Shown: piece by piece, positions 55,901 to 64,000 of the stretch
Numbering within the stretch: position 1 is the stretch's first letter
Layout: each line of letters opens with the position of its first letter
DNA from: a virus
Lineage: Duplodnaviria; Caudoviricetes
DNA: 64,000 nucleotides
Virus record (IMG/VR): IMGVR_UViG_3300044852_000015
Span: 160,001-224,000 of that record
Strand: one strand, 5' to 3'
Translations under genes and position numbers: made by a program
Notes under the pieces: model-generated
What the model was told of the DNA's origin: nothing
Seen by the model: only the letters and a program-made list of their open reading frames with translations
The model's database searches: none

Positions 55901-56710
55901 AACAAGTCGATCTTCTTTGCAGATGGTCGTCCTCGTACGGTGGCTCAGGTTTACGCAGAGATTGACCGTCGTGTTAAAGTTCATCGGTCTAAGTACGCTG
56001 GTGATGCTCGTAGTGCTGGCGGGTTCTCCGCTGACGTATCTACCGCAACTCCAGCCCAGAACATCCCAGGGATCACTCCTATGGGCGGTTCGAGTGCAGC
56101 TCCTGGTGCGTCTGCTCCGGCAGCGCCTACTGGTGCTGGTACTACAGGGATCATGGCTCCGGCCTCGACTCCTGTTCCGGGTGCTCCGTCAGGTGAAACT
56201 CCTCCAGCAGCCCCGTCTGTTGAGGCCCCTGCGAACTCACTCTCCCCGATGGCTAAAACCGTTGGTGTGATGATGCCTACTCCTTCTGCGAGTGCACCAA
56301 CCACAGTAGCCCCAGTGACCAGTAATGTTCCTGCGGGTGGTGTTGGTTCTGGTGAACCTGCGTTGGGTGGTGTCGTTGCTGAAGCCGCTGTGATCCGTAA
56401 GGCACAGGCTGAAAGACAAGCGCAAGCAACCTCGTTGCAAGACCAGGAATCGAGCGCTCAGTTGAATCAGAACTTCAGCGGCGTCGCAGACACGATGCGT
56501 AAACAGCTTGAAACCCAGTTGAAGATGGCTCAGTCGTTGGATAACATCGACCAAGGTATTCAGAAGCTGGTTCAAGGTGGTGCGACTTCAGCCGGACAAG
56601 AGCCTGCTACCAAAGAGCCTCAGTCTTCCCGTACCAACACCGCAGCGAAACCGACGGACGTGCCTGTACGGATGACCCCGATTAGCATGAAGCGGATTCA
56701 ATCGAAGTAA
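49937..56710 (+). CDS. Giant tail (tape-measure-like) protein with lytic transglycosylase domain (phiKZ gp181-like)
   Basis: 2257 aa, G/A/K-rich amphipathic regions; SLT motifs ASIESGF, SSATGLYQFISGTW and YLAHFLG at ~55.5-56.0 kb. Confidence 0.9.
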   Translation: MAKDKNEIGDDDLDNWDDMGFGDDDFADFDAPPPKDDRKPVVKVATSFLKGAAEELTDPSRVRKMALDALPDGYGKATNLADTIASTGRELYHTTAEELKPVIKDAKRVARRVLPLTKSLLPEKLQKKLEDMTTDNDYKGPSVDQTRDAQINSEVADIFKLQMENDARDKAEGELADATKTKQESARFKTELQTLNAILGGINRQVAYQDQIASKYQRKHLELQFLQYFTLRDTYELHKASSKESKQQLDIIAKNTGLPEYVKSNMGEQASHLFRERLLNAASSKVNQFAKGYIDKYKDNIIKAGKENIGAFKDAAMNGIMSGDALLDAQESMADVGEQSDKYKTAGGFLGGQAGGWLGGKLSKFAKPLLEKHPGIGKMGNKLEYGVDNFASLASDWAKSDKGENTGLDWWNKALRGFKNLSPTEVSDSGLGDTDLTKSQDAVPFNHLARKTLTDIIPGYLSRIHHELAIIRTGDPSIQRLGYDLKDGSFANMDKVTKSMGSVMFKQTENFDKVKDTTNGLIDGLETKHGKKFSDVQRKALYDKFIGEAASGQGRFDVKKFSDVDQWKDLSDDDALQLSYMFSDDVGEDQQNKYSKEFLKIREGVNNPTDAIKGLIDSGQLESMRALGLVTGEGDDRKVSQERIVDILRNGGFGEPTADRNPPNGHPPGNLNNRPGGGGPLGDLRNASDAPKAAGANPGGLDTPKNPNDFMETIGEYQMLLLEDIRKGIANPQALAQYADAARSDPKASEEECTCVDKMIDAYKAGNDELAQHLANVYELLASGQLQTMSMNMPFDAEAMKGFKGSIGRGLGKIKNAGKWGFGKVGGFYKGAMDLQGKLIKGGFKGAWAGVKGTGKMLFGKGKEKLNEWGDVYIKGTGRPILTWAQLKAGEYLNEDGSPITSWKDVKGPVKNKAGEYVLTADQFARGLVDEHARPMFTKIKDFGMKWFGRLNNMITSPFRGIKDAVKGTFNTVKNFVERPRDMYLPGNPIPVLLASIMKAGGYKNSDGSIIKKMTDIKGTVYDLEGNVVISLESLKAGLVDVAGKKFKSLGAAAWDGAKKLIGGAFSLGKKAFNFGKNTMAKTLGGLKKGAGNLFNKGKGMLKGMKVPGMGGSSEMMEVIGEYQILLLEEIRDAIRDQSPKRVKGDFDGDGVRNGAGEMLSAGRKKNREEREAKQKAREEERNKGKGEKKGGLLGLLGMIAGGVMGMAKNLLSLPKALMTMAKSLSVLKGLSNLIPGGKTLGKLGRGAMAVGRGVMGAGGMLGRAAMGVGRLALGGTGTLLRGAWAVGSMAVGVLGAPVVLGIAAAAAIGYLGFKAWKAYKKSKNSDLLKYRVAQYGLDYDDNDQTSKVFELESIIGPNIKFNSKAPTIDWKNVDVKRVREIFGIKEDDPEAIQRFGKWFETRFGPIFVSHMKMLQKFSKATKIEEADEAVDVKDKLKFLEGVQVDDADATYGEMTSPFGEDALSMGPAEVKRVYDEVVAHIKESMPENKDAKGPKESLLSKVGSMAANFTPMGLAAKGLMALSDKLGLGDKAKAVGGWLSEHADSIAKVMPVFGLAIKAVGWLKDKIMGKEFKVPSILNRDIDPLTSIRYRLYGLLTMEYVRASPISRLEELVIKDISYNGAKKAEWDGDTDAVWKELGSSFTNNPDSEDVKSRWMKWFSDRFLPVLISYLTAVQKFLSNGNPFEAYDRIKASQSYEIARFINGTTSNEEKDGPSVWTASPSPFDDYQLNTDSSVVKPFMDALQEAANKETLNEKVKTGQAAKVQALVDKVTGGSGANGPPSPLYKDRGVAERSGAPKALLKAMYGVLPMAGGEAGYTTGGLGTLDVGAGSGGTIAGLPEVTGPDGEYSTYKDMIIAVSKMVGVDPGLMATMASIESGFRGRVKASTSSATGLYQFISGTWKTMIAKYGAKYGLDPNTPPSDPRANALMGAEYIRENSEILKAKTGRAPSDTDIYLAHFLGPGGAAKLLKADPQANAATLMPQAASANKSIFFADGRPRTVAQVYAEIDRRVKVHRSKYAGDARSAGGFSADVSTATPAQNIPGITPMGGSSAAPGASAPAAPTGAGTTGIMAPASTPVPGAPSGETPPAAPSVEAPANSLSPMAKTVGVMMPTPSASAPTTVAPVTSNVPAGGVGSGEPALGGVVAEAAVIRKAQAERQAQATSLQDQESSAQLNQNFSGVADTMRKQLETQLKMAQSLDNIDQGIQKLVQGGATSAGQEPATKEPQSSRTNTAAKPTDVPVRMTPISMKRIQSK

Positions 56711-56761
56711 CCTAGAGTGGGGGCAACCCCACTCTTCCTTTACCTTAAACGAGATCAGGTT

Positions 56762-58720
56762 ATGGCCGAATTAAAGGACACAGACTGGATCAGACAATCG
56801 TTTATGTTACCCCGTAAGGCTATTGCGAATGCTGACTCCATTCGCCGTACCCTGACAGATGCTCGGTTCAAATTTACCGATACGACGTTAGGGGGTAACT
56901 TTGCGATTAACCCTCCTCCTCAGTTTACTCGTTATGCTGACTTGGTGGTACCTAGCTTGTACAGTAAGTCCACGGGGATGGGTCGTTATTACAGTGAGGC
57001 CATCGACGACAACGCACAACTGATCCACATGCGTTTCGGTGTACCAGAGTTCAACTCCCTCACGAACTTCTTCTTCAACTTCTATAACCCCCAAGCTGCT
57101 ACACTGGCTCGTACGGGTCGGGCTAACGAGATCTCGTTTGCTCTGGGTAAGTTGATCGGGACGATTATCACCTTGCCTGCACAGTTGTTTATCACAGCAG
57201 GCTCGGCGCTGAACTTCTTCTTGGGTCGCCCTACGTCGAAGTACTACTACCTCAAACACGCGATGCCTTTGTATTGGAACGCGGTAAACACCATCGCCAA
57301 CGGTATCGCCGTGAACATGGGCTTGACTCCTCGAACCTTTCAAGACGACGAAAAGAAAACCGTAACCGGTAGTCTGGAGAACACGGCAGAACAAGCCAAG
57401 GTCTACCACAAGCTCAATCCGGGCCTGTGGCATGAGTCGGGTCAACTCGACGTGTACGCAATGGCAACCAAAGCGCAGATCCTTGCGAACAGTCAACGGA
57501 ACAAGATGGCAGAGATTCTCGAAACCCGAGAGTCACCGTCAGCTATCCGTAATGCGATCTTGGGGTTCAAAGAAAACCCACAGCTCTCTGACAACCGCAT
57601 CTATAAAGACTTCGAGTCCTACCTCGCTGCCTATCAAGGTCTCAACGAACGGAAGTCCGATACGGATGACGGTGCGGCTGAGCAGACGGGTGACAAGCGG
57701 GAGTACAAGAAGAACTTTCTGGACTTCGTGGAGGCTGAGCACAACGACGGTGCACAGTGGGTTACGTTCAACGTAGAACACACCGGTACCGCATCGGAGA
57801 GCTTTAACTCCAGTTCTCGCGAGTCAGACATCTCCTCGAAACTGAACGGGTTGTCGGCTGCGGGTCGGGGTGCTCGTTTCAGTTCTGCGGATGGTCAGTC
57901 CGGTATTAACTTCATCGACGAAGCTATGTCGATGGTGGGTAGTTTTATCCAAGGTGGTTTGGAATCCGTGAAGCTCTCGGGCTTGATGGCATTCTCGGGT
58001 ATGGCCATTGCGGACATTCCAAAGATGTGGGAATCGTCTTCAGCGAACCTACCTCGGATGGACTACACCATCAAACTGCGGACCCCGTACGGTAACAAGA
58101 TGTCACGCTTCACCGACTTGTTTGTTCCCCTGTCGATGTTGCTGGCTGCTGCGTTACCGATCTCTACAGGTAAGCAGTCGTACACCGCACCGTTCCTTTG
58201 TGAGCTGTACAGTAAAGGTCGGGCACAAACGCGTCTGGGTATGATCGAGTCGCTGAGTATCACTCGTGGTACGGGTAACTTGGGTTGGACTCAAGACGGT
58301 GAAGCTCTGGGTATCGACGTGACGTTCTCGGTAGTGGACATGTCCTCTATCATGCACATGCCGATCAACGCAGGCTTTAAATTGAATGACGCAGTAGGCG
58401 TTGCTTTGGGTGCTGCTACCGCTATTGCTGGTGGTGGTGGCGTTAAAGCATTGGCTGCTGGTGCGTCGATGGTTGCAGGCACTGACTTCGCTAAGGGTGT
58501 ATTCGCTGAGGACACCATGTTCTCAGACTACCTTGCGATCCTCAGTAGCATGTCACTGGTGGAGCAAACATACACGTACCAAAAGCTCCGGCTGAACCTT
58601 GCGAAACAAATGGGTTCGATGGACACGTGGTTCTCCAAGTCGCACTTCGCCAACTGGTTCATGAACACCTCGCCAGCACGGCTGATCTCAGCCTTTGCTA
58701 TTGGTACAGGTATCGGGTAA
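56762..58720 (+). CDS. Virion structural (tail/baseplate) protein, gp182-like by synteny
   Basis: ~652 aa; DTTLGGN.AINPPPQFTRYAD, GMGRYYSEAIDD; follows the giant tail gene. Confidence 0.75.
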   Translation: MAELKDTDWIRQSFMLPRKAIANADSIRRTLTDARFKFTDTTLGGNFAINPPPQFTRYADLVVPSLYSKSTGMGRYYSEAIDDNAQLIHMRFGVPEFNSLTNFFFNFYNPQAATLARTGRANEISFALGKLIGTIITLPAQLFITAGSALNFFLGRPTSKYYYLKHAMPLYWNAVNTIANGIAVNMGLTPRTFQDDEKKTVTGSLENTAEQAKVYHKLNPGLWHESGQLDVYAMATKAQILANSQRNKMAEILETRESPSAIRNAILGFKENPQLSDNRIYKDFESYLAAYQGLNERKSDTDDGAAEQTGDKREYKKNFLDFVEAEHNDGAQWVTFNVEHTGTASESFNSSSRESDISSKLNGLSAAGRGARFSSADGQSGINFIDEAMSMVGSFIQGGLESVKLSGLMAFSGMAIADIPKMWESSSANLPRMDYTIKLRTPYGNKMSRFTDLFVPLSMLLAAALPISTGKQSYTAPFLCELYSKGRAQTRLGMIESLSITRGTGNLGWTQDGEALGIDVTFSVVDMSSIMHMPINAGFKLNDAVGVALGAATAIAGGGGVKALAAGASMVAGTDFAKGVFAEDTMFSDYLAILSSMSLVEQTYTYQKLRLNLAKQMGSMDTWFSKSHFANWFMNTSPARLISAFAIGTGIG

Positions 58721-58724
58721 TCGA

Positions 58725-58762
58725 CGGCATAGAGGAGGGCTTCGGCCCTCCTCGTTATGCGC
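58725..58762. terminator. Bidirectional CGGCATA...TATGC terminator
   Basis: GAGGAGGGC-TTCG-GCCCTCCTC. Confidence 0.85.
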
Positions 58763-59767
58763 TTACAAATTGACACCGGGGTAGTACTGACGAATCAAGC
58801 TCGGTAAGGACGCTGACTTGTGAGTAGGGGCGATGAGCACTGGGAGTTTGTATTCCTCTTTACGACCGAGTAGGGTCAGTGCGTTGGCTGAGGCGTACGT
58901 GAACATTTCCAAGTTATCAATCAGCTCACCGTTACGTTGGTACTTAGCCCAATTCGGGTTGATGTGATTTAAGACCTCTAGAAGCTCCGTGGTGCGTTCT
59001 TCGTACTGAGCCGGTGTGGTTTTATCGGCGTACTTGTAAAACATCAGGATGCGCTTACAGGCGTCTGGTAGGGCACTCAGTACACCCCCTGCCGTCATGG
59101 TATCGCCCATCAGCTTCAAAGCGGCGACGTTACTGGACATTACGGCCACAGTGTACGTCTTGTGGTAGGCGTACAGGGTTACAGAGTGATCGCTCACCGA
59201 AGCGGTGGCTTCTTGTAACAGGTCCGTAGCCCCCGACTTAATCGCAAAGTCAATGACAGTCGAAGCCATCGCTGCTTCTGCGGCCAAGTCAAACACACTG
59301 AAGACGTCAGACTTACCAGTCAACTCACGAGCCAGTCCGGCCAGCCCACTGATGTCATCCAAGTTACCTGACATGTACGCTTTCACGCCCGTCTTAGTCG
59401 CCCCCATGATGGAAGCCACCGTACCTTTAGAAACACCAAACGTATCAAAGGCATCGAACATCGTGTTCTGCATGGTTCCTGTCAGGCTCTTAATCAGCCC
59501 TGAAGAACCCATACTCTTACCGATCCGTAGCAACGCATCGGTTTTGGACAGCCGACCATTCTTAGAGGCCATGACATCCCCCATAATGCTTTTGAGCATC
59601 GCTGGGTTTTTACGGATGGTCTGTGCCGCATCAGCACTGAAGTTCTTTAGAACGTCAGGTAACGCATTGAGTGTGGTGTTGGTCTTCTGTTTGTAAGTGT
59701 CGACCGTTAGGAGCGCATCCACCGGTCCAGACTTAAACAGAGAACTTGCAATCTTACCTGTAGTCAC
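58763..59767 (-). CDS. Probable virion structural protein
   Basis: 334-aa ORF with AGGAG RBS and GTG start. Confidence 0.7.
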   Translation of the reverse strand: MTTGKIASSLFKSGPVDALLTVDTYKQKTNTTLNALPDVLKNFSADAAQTIRKNPAMLKSIMGDVMASKNGRLSKTDALLRIGKSMGSSGLIKSLTGTMQNTMFDAFDTFGVSKGTVASIMGATKTGVKAYMSGNLDDISGLAGLARELTGKSDVFSVFDLAAEAAMASTVIDFAIKSGATDLLQEATASVSDHSVTLYAYHKTYTVAVMSSNVAALKLMGDTMTAGGVLSALPDACKRILMFYKYADKTTPAQYEERTTELLEVLNHINPNWAKYQRNGELIDNLEMFTYASANALTLLGRKEEYKLPVLIAPTHKSASLPSLIRQYYPGVNL

Positions 59768-59784
59768 GGTTCTCTCCTAAACGA

Positions 59785-59822
59785 GGCAAAAAAAAAAAGA
59801 AGGGGCGAACCCCTCCTTCTTT
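59785..59822 (-). terminator. Long-U terminator
   Basis: GGGG-TTCG-CCCC hairpin then TTC-T11-GCC. Confidence 0.8.
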
Positions 59823-59830
59823 CGTAAAGC

Positions 59831-60139
59831 TTAGAAATGCTGGGTGCCGACGTGGCGCTCCAGTTTACACAGCTTCAGGAAACCAGCGGCTTCCAGTTTC
59901 TGCATGAACACAGCAGGAGGATACAGCAGCTTACCGATCTGCACAAAGTCGCCATCTTGCACGTCTTCAGGCTGATGGAATTCAAAGCCAGTCATGGTCG
60001 GCGGTACCAAACGAACCATGTGGTCGTGATACGAACGGCCATTGACTTTACGCCAGTAGGTCATCTCGGTGGGATTCATCTTCGGAAGAGGAGTTTCTTC
60101 ACCAACGATGCGGCACTTAAGAACAGTTTCCAAACTCAT
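59831..60139 (-). CDS. Hypothetical protein
   Basis: 102-aa ORF. Confidence 0.7.
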   Translation of the reverse strand: MSLETVLKCRIVGEETPLPKMNPTEMTYWRKVNGRSYHDHMVRLVPPTMTGFEFHQPEDVQDGDFVQIGKLLYPPAVFMQKLEAAGFLKLCKLERHVGTQHF

Positions 60140-60141
60140 CT

Positions 60142-60648
60142 TTATTTCTTCCCAATCAATCCAGTATGACCGGCTTTCAAGAAGGCACGAATGTCTTCCA
60201 AGTCGGTCACCAACGTTCCTGTTTCCTTGGCGTTGACCACTTTACATTTATCCAAGGAGTCAGGGTCTCCATAGTAATAGTAATGGGTAAACGGTAGCTC
60301 ACTGTCGATAAACAACTCGAACAGTTCTTGGTTCTGTGTAATCTTGGCTACTAAGCCAATGCGGAACATCCAATCGAACTGGAGATCGAAAGTCACGTTC
60401 GCAGGATCACGACACAGACTCACGCCCAGCTCTTTTGCTTTGTAGCCCCACAGTTTACGGAACTCCTGAAACTTGCGTCCTGTCTTCAGGAAGTAATGGA
60501 GTCCCTCGGAAGATTCAAACTGTCCTAGCAACGGATGCCAGAACGGTTCATGGGCGAAGTTAGTTAGCTTCAGACCCAGTGGCGTCTTCGCCTTGGTATA
60601 AACGTTCAAGTGGGTAATCCCATCAAACTTAGGGTGCCAATCAGTCAC
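60142..60648 (-). CDS. NADAR/YbiA-like protein
   Basis: LTNF, F.S.E, AKELG and M....VAK..QN..L..L pattern; GTG start after an AAAGG RBS. Confidence 0.55.
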   Translation of the reverse strand: MTDWHPKFDGITHLNVYTKAKTPLGLKLTNFAHEPFWHPLLGQFESSEGLHYFLKTGRKFQEFRKLWGYKAKELGVSLCRDPANVTFDLQFDWMFRIGLVAKITQNQELFELFIDSELPFTHYYYYGDPDSLDKCKVVNAKETGTLVTDLEDIRAFLKAGHTGLIGKK

Positions 60649-60703
60649 GTCGTTACAACCTTTCTTTAGGGCATAAAGCCGCCTCGTTAGAAGCGGCTGG
60701 GGA

Positions 60704-61180
60704 TTAAGAATCTTTGTGTGCAGCCTCGATTGCTCTGATAGTTTCATCGAGTATCGCAGCAGTCACACCTGGATGCTTGACCGGGATAGCGGTTTCATCA
60801 GTCTCTTGCTCAGACTTATCACCCACATGAATGATCGCCGAGTACTCAGTCTTGAGTCCCGAACGCCATTCGAATTCCAGAGTTAACCGTACACGCCACG
60901 GGTTCAGGAATCGGATTGCTTTCTCAAAGACGCCCCACGTCATGGAACGCTTCAAGAGTTCTTTCGACAAGTTGCCCCGTGCAGAGGACATGTCTCGAGA
61001 GTTTTGTGGGATTCGATTACGCGGGTCTTTCAAGTACCGCAGCATGTTACGGTTCCAGATGTTCATGCTGAAGTTCTGATCGGCCATAATCTGTCGAAAC
61101 AGTTTGCTCAATGTACCAGTGGCTTCATCAGCCCTTTTGGTTTTGGAGCTGAGTACCTGATTGAGATCCTTGTTTTGCAT
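60704..61180 (-). CDS. Conserved hypothetical protein
   Basis: 158-aa ORF with GGAGG RBS. Confidence 0.75.
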   Translation of the reverse strand: MQNKDLNQVLSSKTKRADEATGTLSKLFRQIMADQNFSMNIWNRNMLRYLKDPRNRIPQNSRDMSSARGNLSKELLKRSMTWGVFEKAIRFLNPWRVRLTLEFEWRSGLKTEYSAIIHVGDKSEQETDETAIPVKHPGVTAAILDETIRAIEAAHKDS

Positions 61181-61676
61181 ACGTTTGAACCTCCAGGAAA
61201 GCTTTAACTACCGCTTCTACGTCACCCATCAGGTGCGTGAATTGACGGGTGTAGTAGTCGACTCCGCTTTTGGAATCAGCAGACTCGACGAGTAAAGCTT
61301 TCTGGAGATACTCCAGTTGTAAGTTGATGGCATTATAAACCTCCATAGGTTCTAGTTGATGACCTTTGTCCGTAGACAAGTAGTCGTCCAGTTTTACAAC
61401 ACGCACGTTTCCGGGTAGGTTACGGCTTTTCTGGATACGTTCAGGCACTAGGCCTTTGTCATGTACGATGCGTGAACACTCGTTCAGCAGCAATAACATT
61501 GAATGTACCGTCGGGTTGATTACACTGACATTGATGGAAAGTCCCAGCAATGGTGTGTATCGCTTGAGTTGTGCGGGATCAACCAACCGTGCCAAATCCA
61601 TGCAGTAACGTACGTCGGCATGAACGACTCCGTCTACTGTATACTTCAGGATCACCGATTCGATTTGATTCTGCAA
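61128..61676 (-). CDS. Hypothetical protein
   Basis: Likely TTG start after an AGGAAAG RBS, downstream of a promoter-like TATATTAT. Confidence 0.6.
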   Translation of the reverse strand: MQNQIESVILKYTVDGVVHADVRYCMDLARLVDPAQLKRYTPLLGLSINVSVINPTVHSMLLLLNECSRIVHDKGLVPERIQKSRNLPGNVRVVKLDDYLSTDKGHQLEPMEVYNAINLQLEYLQKALLVESADSKSGVDYYTRQFTHLMGDVEAVVKAFLEVQTYAKQGSQSGTQLQNQKG

Positions 61677-61721
61677 CGTGGGTTTCTTTCCTACTACTCC
61701 ACTAAGCAGTTTTCTCAAACT

Positions 61722-61757
61722 AGCTTCAATGGAATAATATACATTTGTAATCTTTTT
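61722..61757 (-). promoter_or_regulatory. Early promoter candidate (TATATTAT)
   Basis: AAAAAGATTACAAATGTATATTATTCCATTGAA, same layout as the 7362 site. Confidence 0.55.
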
Positions 61758-61773
61758 AAGCGAGGAGCTGAAC

Positions 61774-62202
61774 ATGTCTGAGGACCTTTTAACGGACGAC
61801 AACATTCTACGGTTTACCCAAAAGCAACGTAAAGCCCTTGAGGCAGAGTTGTTGAAAAATGGGTGGCCTAAGGATTCTGATACTCAAGAGCAGTTGATGA
61901 CTCTGTGGAACGACATGGATCGTCAGGCCTTGGGTAACAAGCGGATTGGTGCGGCAGAGAAACTGGCTGACTCTGACAAGTACGTGGCGAGTGTGATTGC
62001 TGACGTCGTGCGCAAGTTCGGTTCCAACATCCCCTACGAGAACGGTGCTGCAATGACTGTAGGTGGTGGGTTGCTGATCGAACAGTACGTCGAAGGCGAA
62101 CAACACAAGCTACCTAAGGTCGAACCAGTTCCTGGGGAAATGAGTATCGGTACTGCGAACATGAACTTCGGTGAATTCGTAAAAGACTTCGAAGACGAGT
62201 GA
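61774..62202 (+). CDS. Hypothetical protein
   Basis: 142-aa ORF with GAGGAG RBS. Confidence 0.75.
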   Translation: MSEDLLTDDNILRFTQKQRKALEAELLKNGWPKDSDTQEQLMTLWNDMDRQALGNKRIGAAEKLADSDKYVASVIADVVRKFGSNIPYENGAAMTVGGGLLIEQYVEGEQHKLPKVEPVPGEMSIGTANMNFGEFVKDFEDE

Positions 62203-62239
62203 ACGACATAGTATCGTCATACCCCGTAATTTTAAATAC

Positions 62240-62277
62240 GGTCATAGAGAGAGGCCTTGTGGCCTCTCCTTATGCCG
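62240..62277. terminator. Bidirectional terminator with TTATGCCG tail
   Basis: GAGAGGCC-TTGT-GGCCTCTC between convergent genes. Confidence 0.8.
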
Positions 62278-62982
62278 TTACCGAACAGGACAGAACAAAG
62301 CAATGTCCACTAACTGGAGATTCATGTACAGTTTGCTCGTGAACTCCAACATCTCGAAAGGAGACACCACACCCACACCCGGTACGGTAATGTCTTCTTC
62401 CGTGAACTCCACGTCTGCTGCACGCGCTGGTGCAAAGACAGTGATCGAGGGAATCACCTTGTCGATGAACCGCTGTTCCTGCAAACTCATCCAGTGGTTG
62501 AAGTCGTACAGGATATACGCCGAGTAGTCGGCATCCAAGAACGCTGGAGTGACTTCCTCAGGGGGTAACCAGACGTGCGACAACTGCACCTCGTTGTTGG
62601 TAAAGACTGAGAGTGCCGTTAGGTATGCCTCAATCTCATCGTCCGTCAAGATGTACGGGTAGAAATTGATAGTCAGCTTCACGTCAGAAACCAATGGAGT
62701 GTTGATTCGCTGGTCACAGAGATTCGCAAAGATGCTAGTCAATGACAAACACATACTGGTAGCCACAGAGCCCCGTAACGTCCAGACGTCCCGTTTGGCG
62801 TACTGTTCACGATACTGGGCGTTAGTCACCTTACCGTAAGTGTACTTCTCGAAGTCGTCAGCCAGACGTGACCAATAGTGGTCAGTCATCATCGCAGCAG
62901 CACACTCAGGGTTCACTCGTGCTAAGGTAGCAATCCGAGTGTCCAGCAGAGCATCAATCTCACAAAGGATGTTCTGATCCAT
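62278..62982 (-). CDS. Conserved phiKZ-like hypothetical protein
   Basis: 234-aa ORF with EIDALLDTR N-terminal motif; TAATG coupling. Confidence 0.7.
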   Translation of the reverse strand: MDQNILCEIDALLDTRIATLARVNPECAAAMMTDHYWSRLADDFEKYTYGKVTNAQYREQYAKRDVWTLRGSVATSMCLSLTSIFANLCDQRINTPLVSDVKLTINFYPYILTDDEIEAYLTALSVFTNNEVQLSHVWLPPEEVTPAFLDADYSAYILYDFNHWMSLQEQRFIDKVIPSITVFAPARAADVEFTEEDITVPGVGVVSPFEMLEFTSKLYMNLQLVDIALFCPVR

Positions 62983-63455
62983 TACTCCTCCTCAGGTCGC
63001 TGACCAGCCAAGACCACATCGAGATCCAGCAGGTCGATCAACAACACCAGCACCAACCACGGGTAGTTGGTCATGTAAGTAGTGAAGTTAGGCTTAGAGG
63101 CCATCCGTTCCAACAGGTCTTCACCGATGGTTTGGTCTTCAGGTAAGGTGATGCTGGATTCGTAGTGGATAGTGAATGAATCAGCCAATCGGTCGATCAG
63201 TGACTTCCACTCTTCATCGCCCAGAATGAAGCGCATCTGCTGAGAACCACCGTGGACGAAGTCAACCAAGGCTTCCTTCTCACGGATGTGTTCCCACAGC
63301 TCTTCGATCTGAGTCGGAGTTGCCAGTTGATTCAGGCGAATGTCGTTCTGGAGGAAAAAAAGAAACTCCACCACATGCACCTTACCTTCGTCGTCCAACA
63401 TCGCATTGAAGCGACGTCGTAGTGCAGCGGTGATGTCATTCAGCAATTCTTTCAT
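62982..63455 (-). CDS. Hypothetical protein
   Basis: 157-aa ORF with TAATG coupling. Confidence 0.7.
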   Translation of the reverse strand: MKELLNDITAALRRRFNAMLDDEGKVHVVEFLFFLQNDIRLNQLATPTQIEELWEHIREKEALVDFVHGGSQQMRFILGDEEWKSLIDRLADSFTIHYESSITLPEDQTIGEDLLERMASKPNFTTYMTNYPWLVLVLLIDLLDLDVVLAGQRPEEE

Positions 63456-64000
63456 TACTTGTCCAGTGTGTTATCGAGGTGAATGGTTTTAAGCAGGGTC
63501 GACAGGGTCGTCACCGACTTAACCTTAGTGTTGAACTGAGCGAGGTACTCAATACTCACACCACCGTTCTCGATGATGGCACGGTTCATGGCGTTAAAGG
63601 CCTTGGCGTCACCACCACGGAACTTGATCAGCTCAGTGATCGTTGCATCCAACCCTTGAGCAAACAACACCTGTAGTTCAGGGAAGGAGATCTTAGAACC
63701 TTTAGAGGGGCCGGTGGATTGGCCAGACAGTTCGTCGATGTGCTTGTTGTTTTCAGGGATGGTAGCTTTACTCTGCAACAACTGAACCTGACGACGCAGT
63801 GGTACGTCAATGACCAGATACTTCACAGGAGTCTTGTAGACCTCACCGGTAGTCGGGTCGGTCAGGATCAGGTATTGGAAGAAGTCATGACCCAGCTCCT
63901 TAGCGATTGCCAAGTTACGTTGTAAGTCCAACTTCTGTTTCGACAGGTTCGGCGTCTTGATGGTCAGGATCTCAGTCCCGTCCTCTAGATTCTTCATAAA
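63455..64000 (-). CDS. Virion RNA polymerase beta C-terminal subunit (phiKZ gp149-like), probably 5'-truncated
   Basis: LSGQSTGPSKGSKISFPE and ELIKFRGGD resemble the beta-subunit C-terminal blocks; frame open to the window edge. Confidence 0.75.
   Translation of the reverse strand, partial: FMKNLEDGTEILTIKTPNLSKQKLDLQRNLAIAKELGHDFFQYLILTDPTTGEVYKTPVKYLVIDVPLRRQVQLLQSKATIPENNKHIDELSGQSTGPSKGSKISFPELQVLFAQGLDATITELIKFRGGDAKAFNAMNRAIIENGGVSIEYLAQFNTKVKSVTTLSTLLKTIHLDNTLDK

Noticed and set aside
56040-56360. Pro/Ala/Thr-rich low-complexity stretch as a DNA repeat
   Set aside because: It is a coding linker after the lytic domain with no nucleotide-level tandem repeat.
1-64000. CRISPR array, transposase, integrase, homing endonuclease, chimallin or major capsid gene
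   Set aside because: No repeat-spacer array or matching motifs were seen. The two adjacent vRNAP genes abut with no intervening intron or endonuclease.

Overview
This window is a segment of a phiKZ-like (Chimalliviridae-type) jumbo phage genome. It carries core genes: a divergent family-B DNA polymerase, PhuZ tubulin, large terminase, tail sheath and tube, prohead protease, three virion RNA polymerase subunits and a giant tail protein with a lytic transglycosylase domain. Early operons of small hypothetical genes are driven by TATATTAC promoters. The most unusual part is a minus-strand RNA island at about 7.5-13.45 kb. It holds six canonical tRNAs, five tRNA-shaped RNAs with remodelled or greatly expanded anticodon arms, several orphan structured RNAs (one about 800 nt), a Tad2/DUF2829-like gene and an exported nuclease. 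A further ~385-nt structured RNA candidate lies downstream of the phuZ operon. Terminators fall into two classes that track promoter class. All calls come from reading motifs and base-pairing by eye; no database searches or folding programs were run, and phiKZ gp numbers come from remembered synteny.
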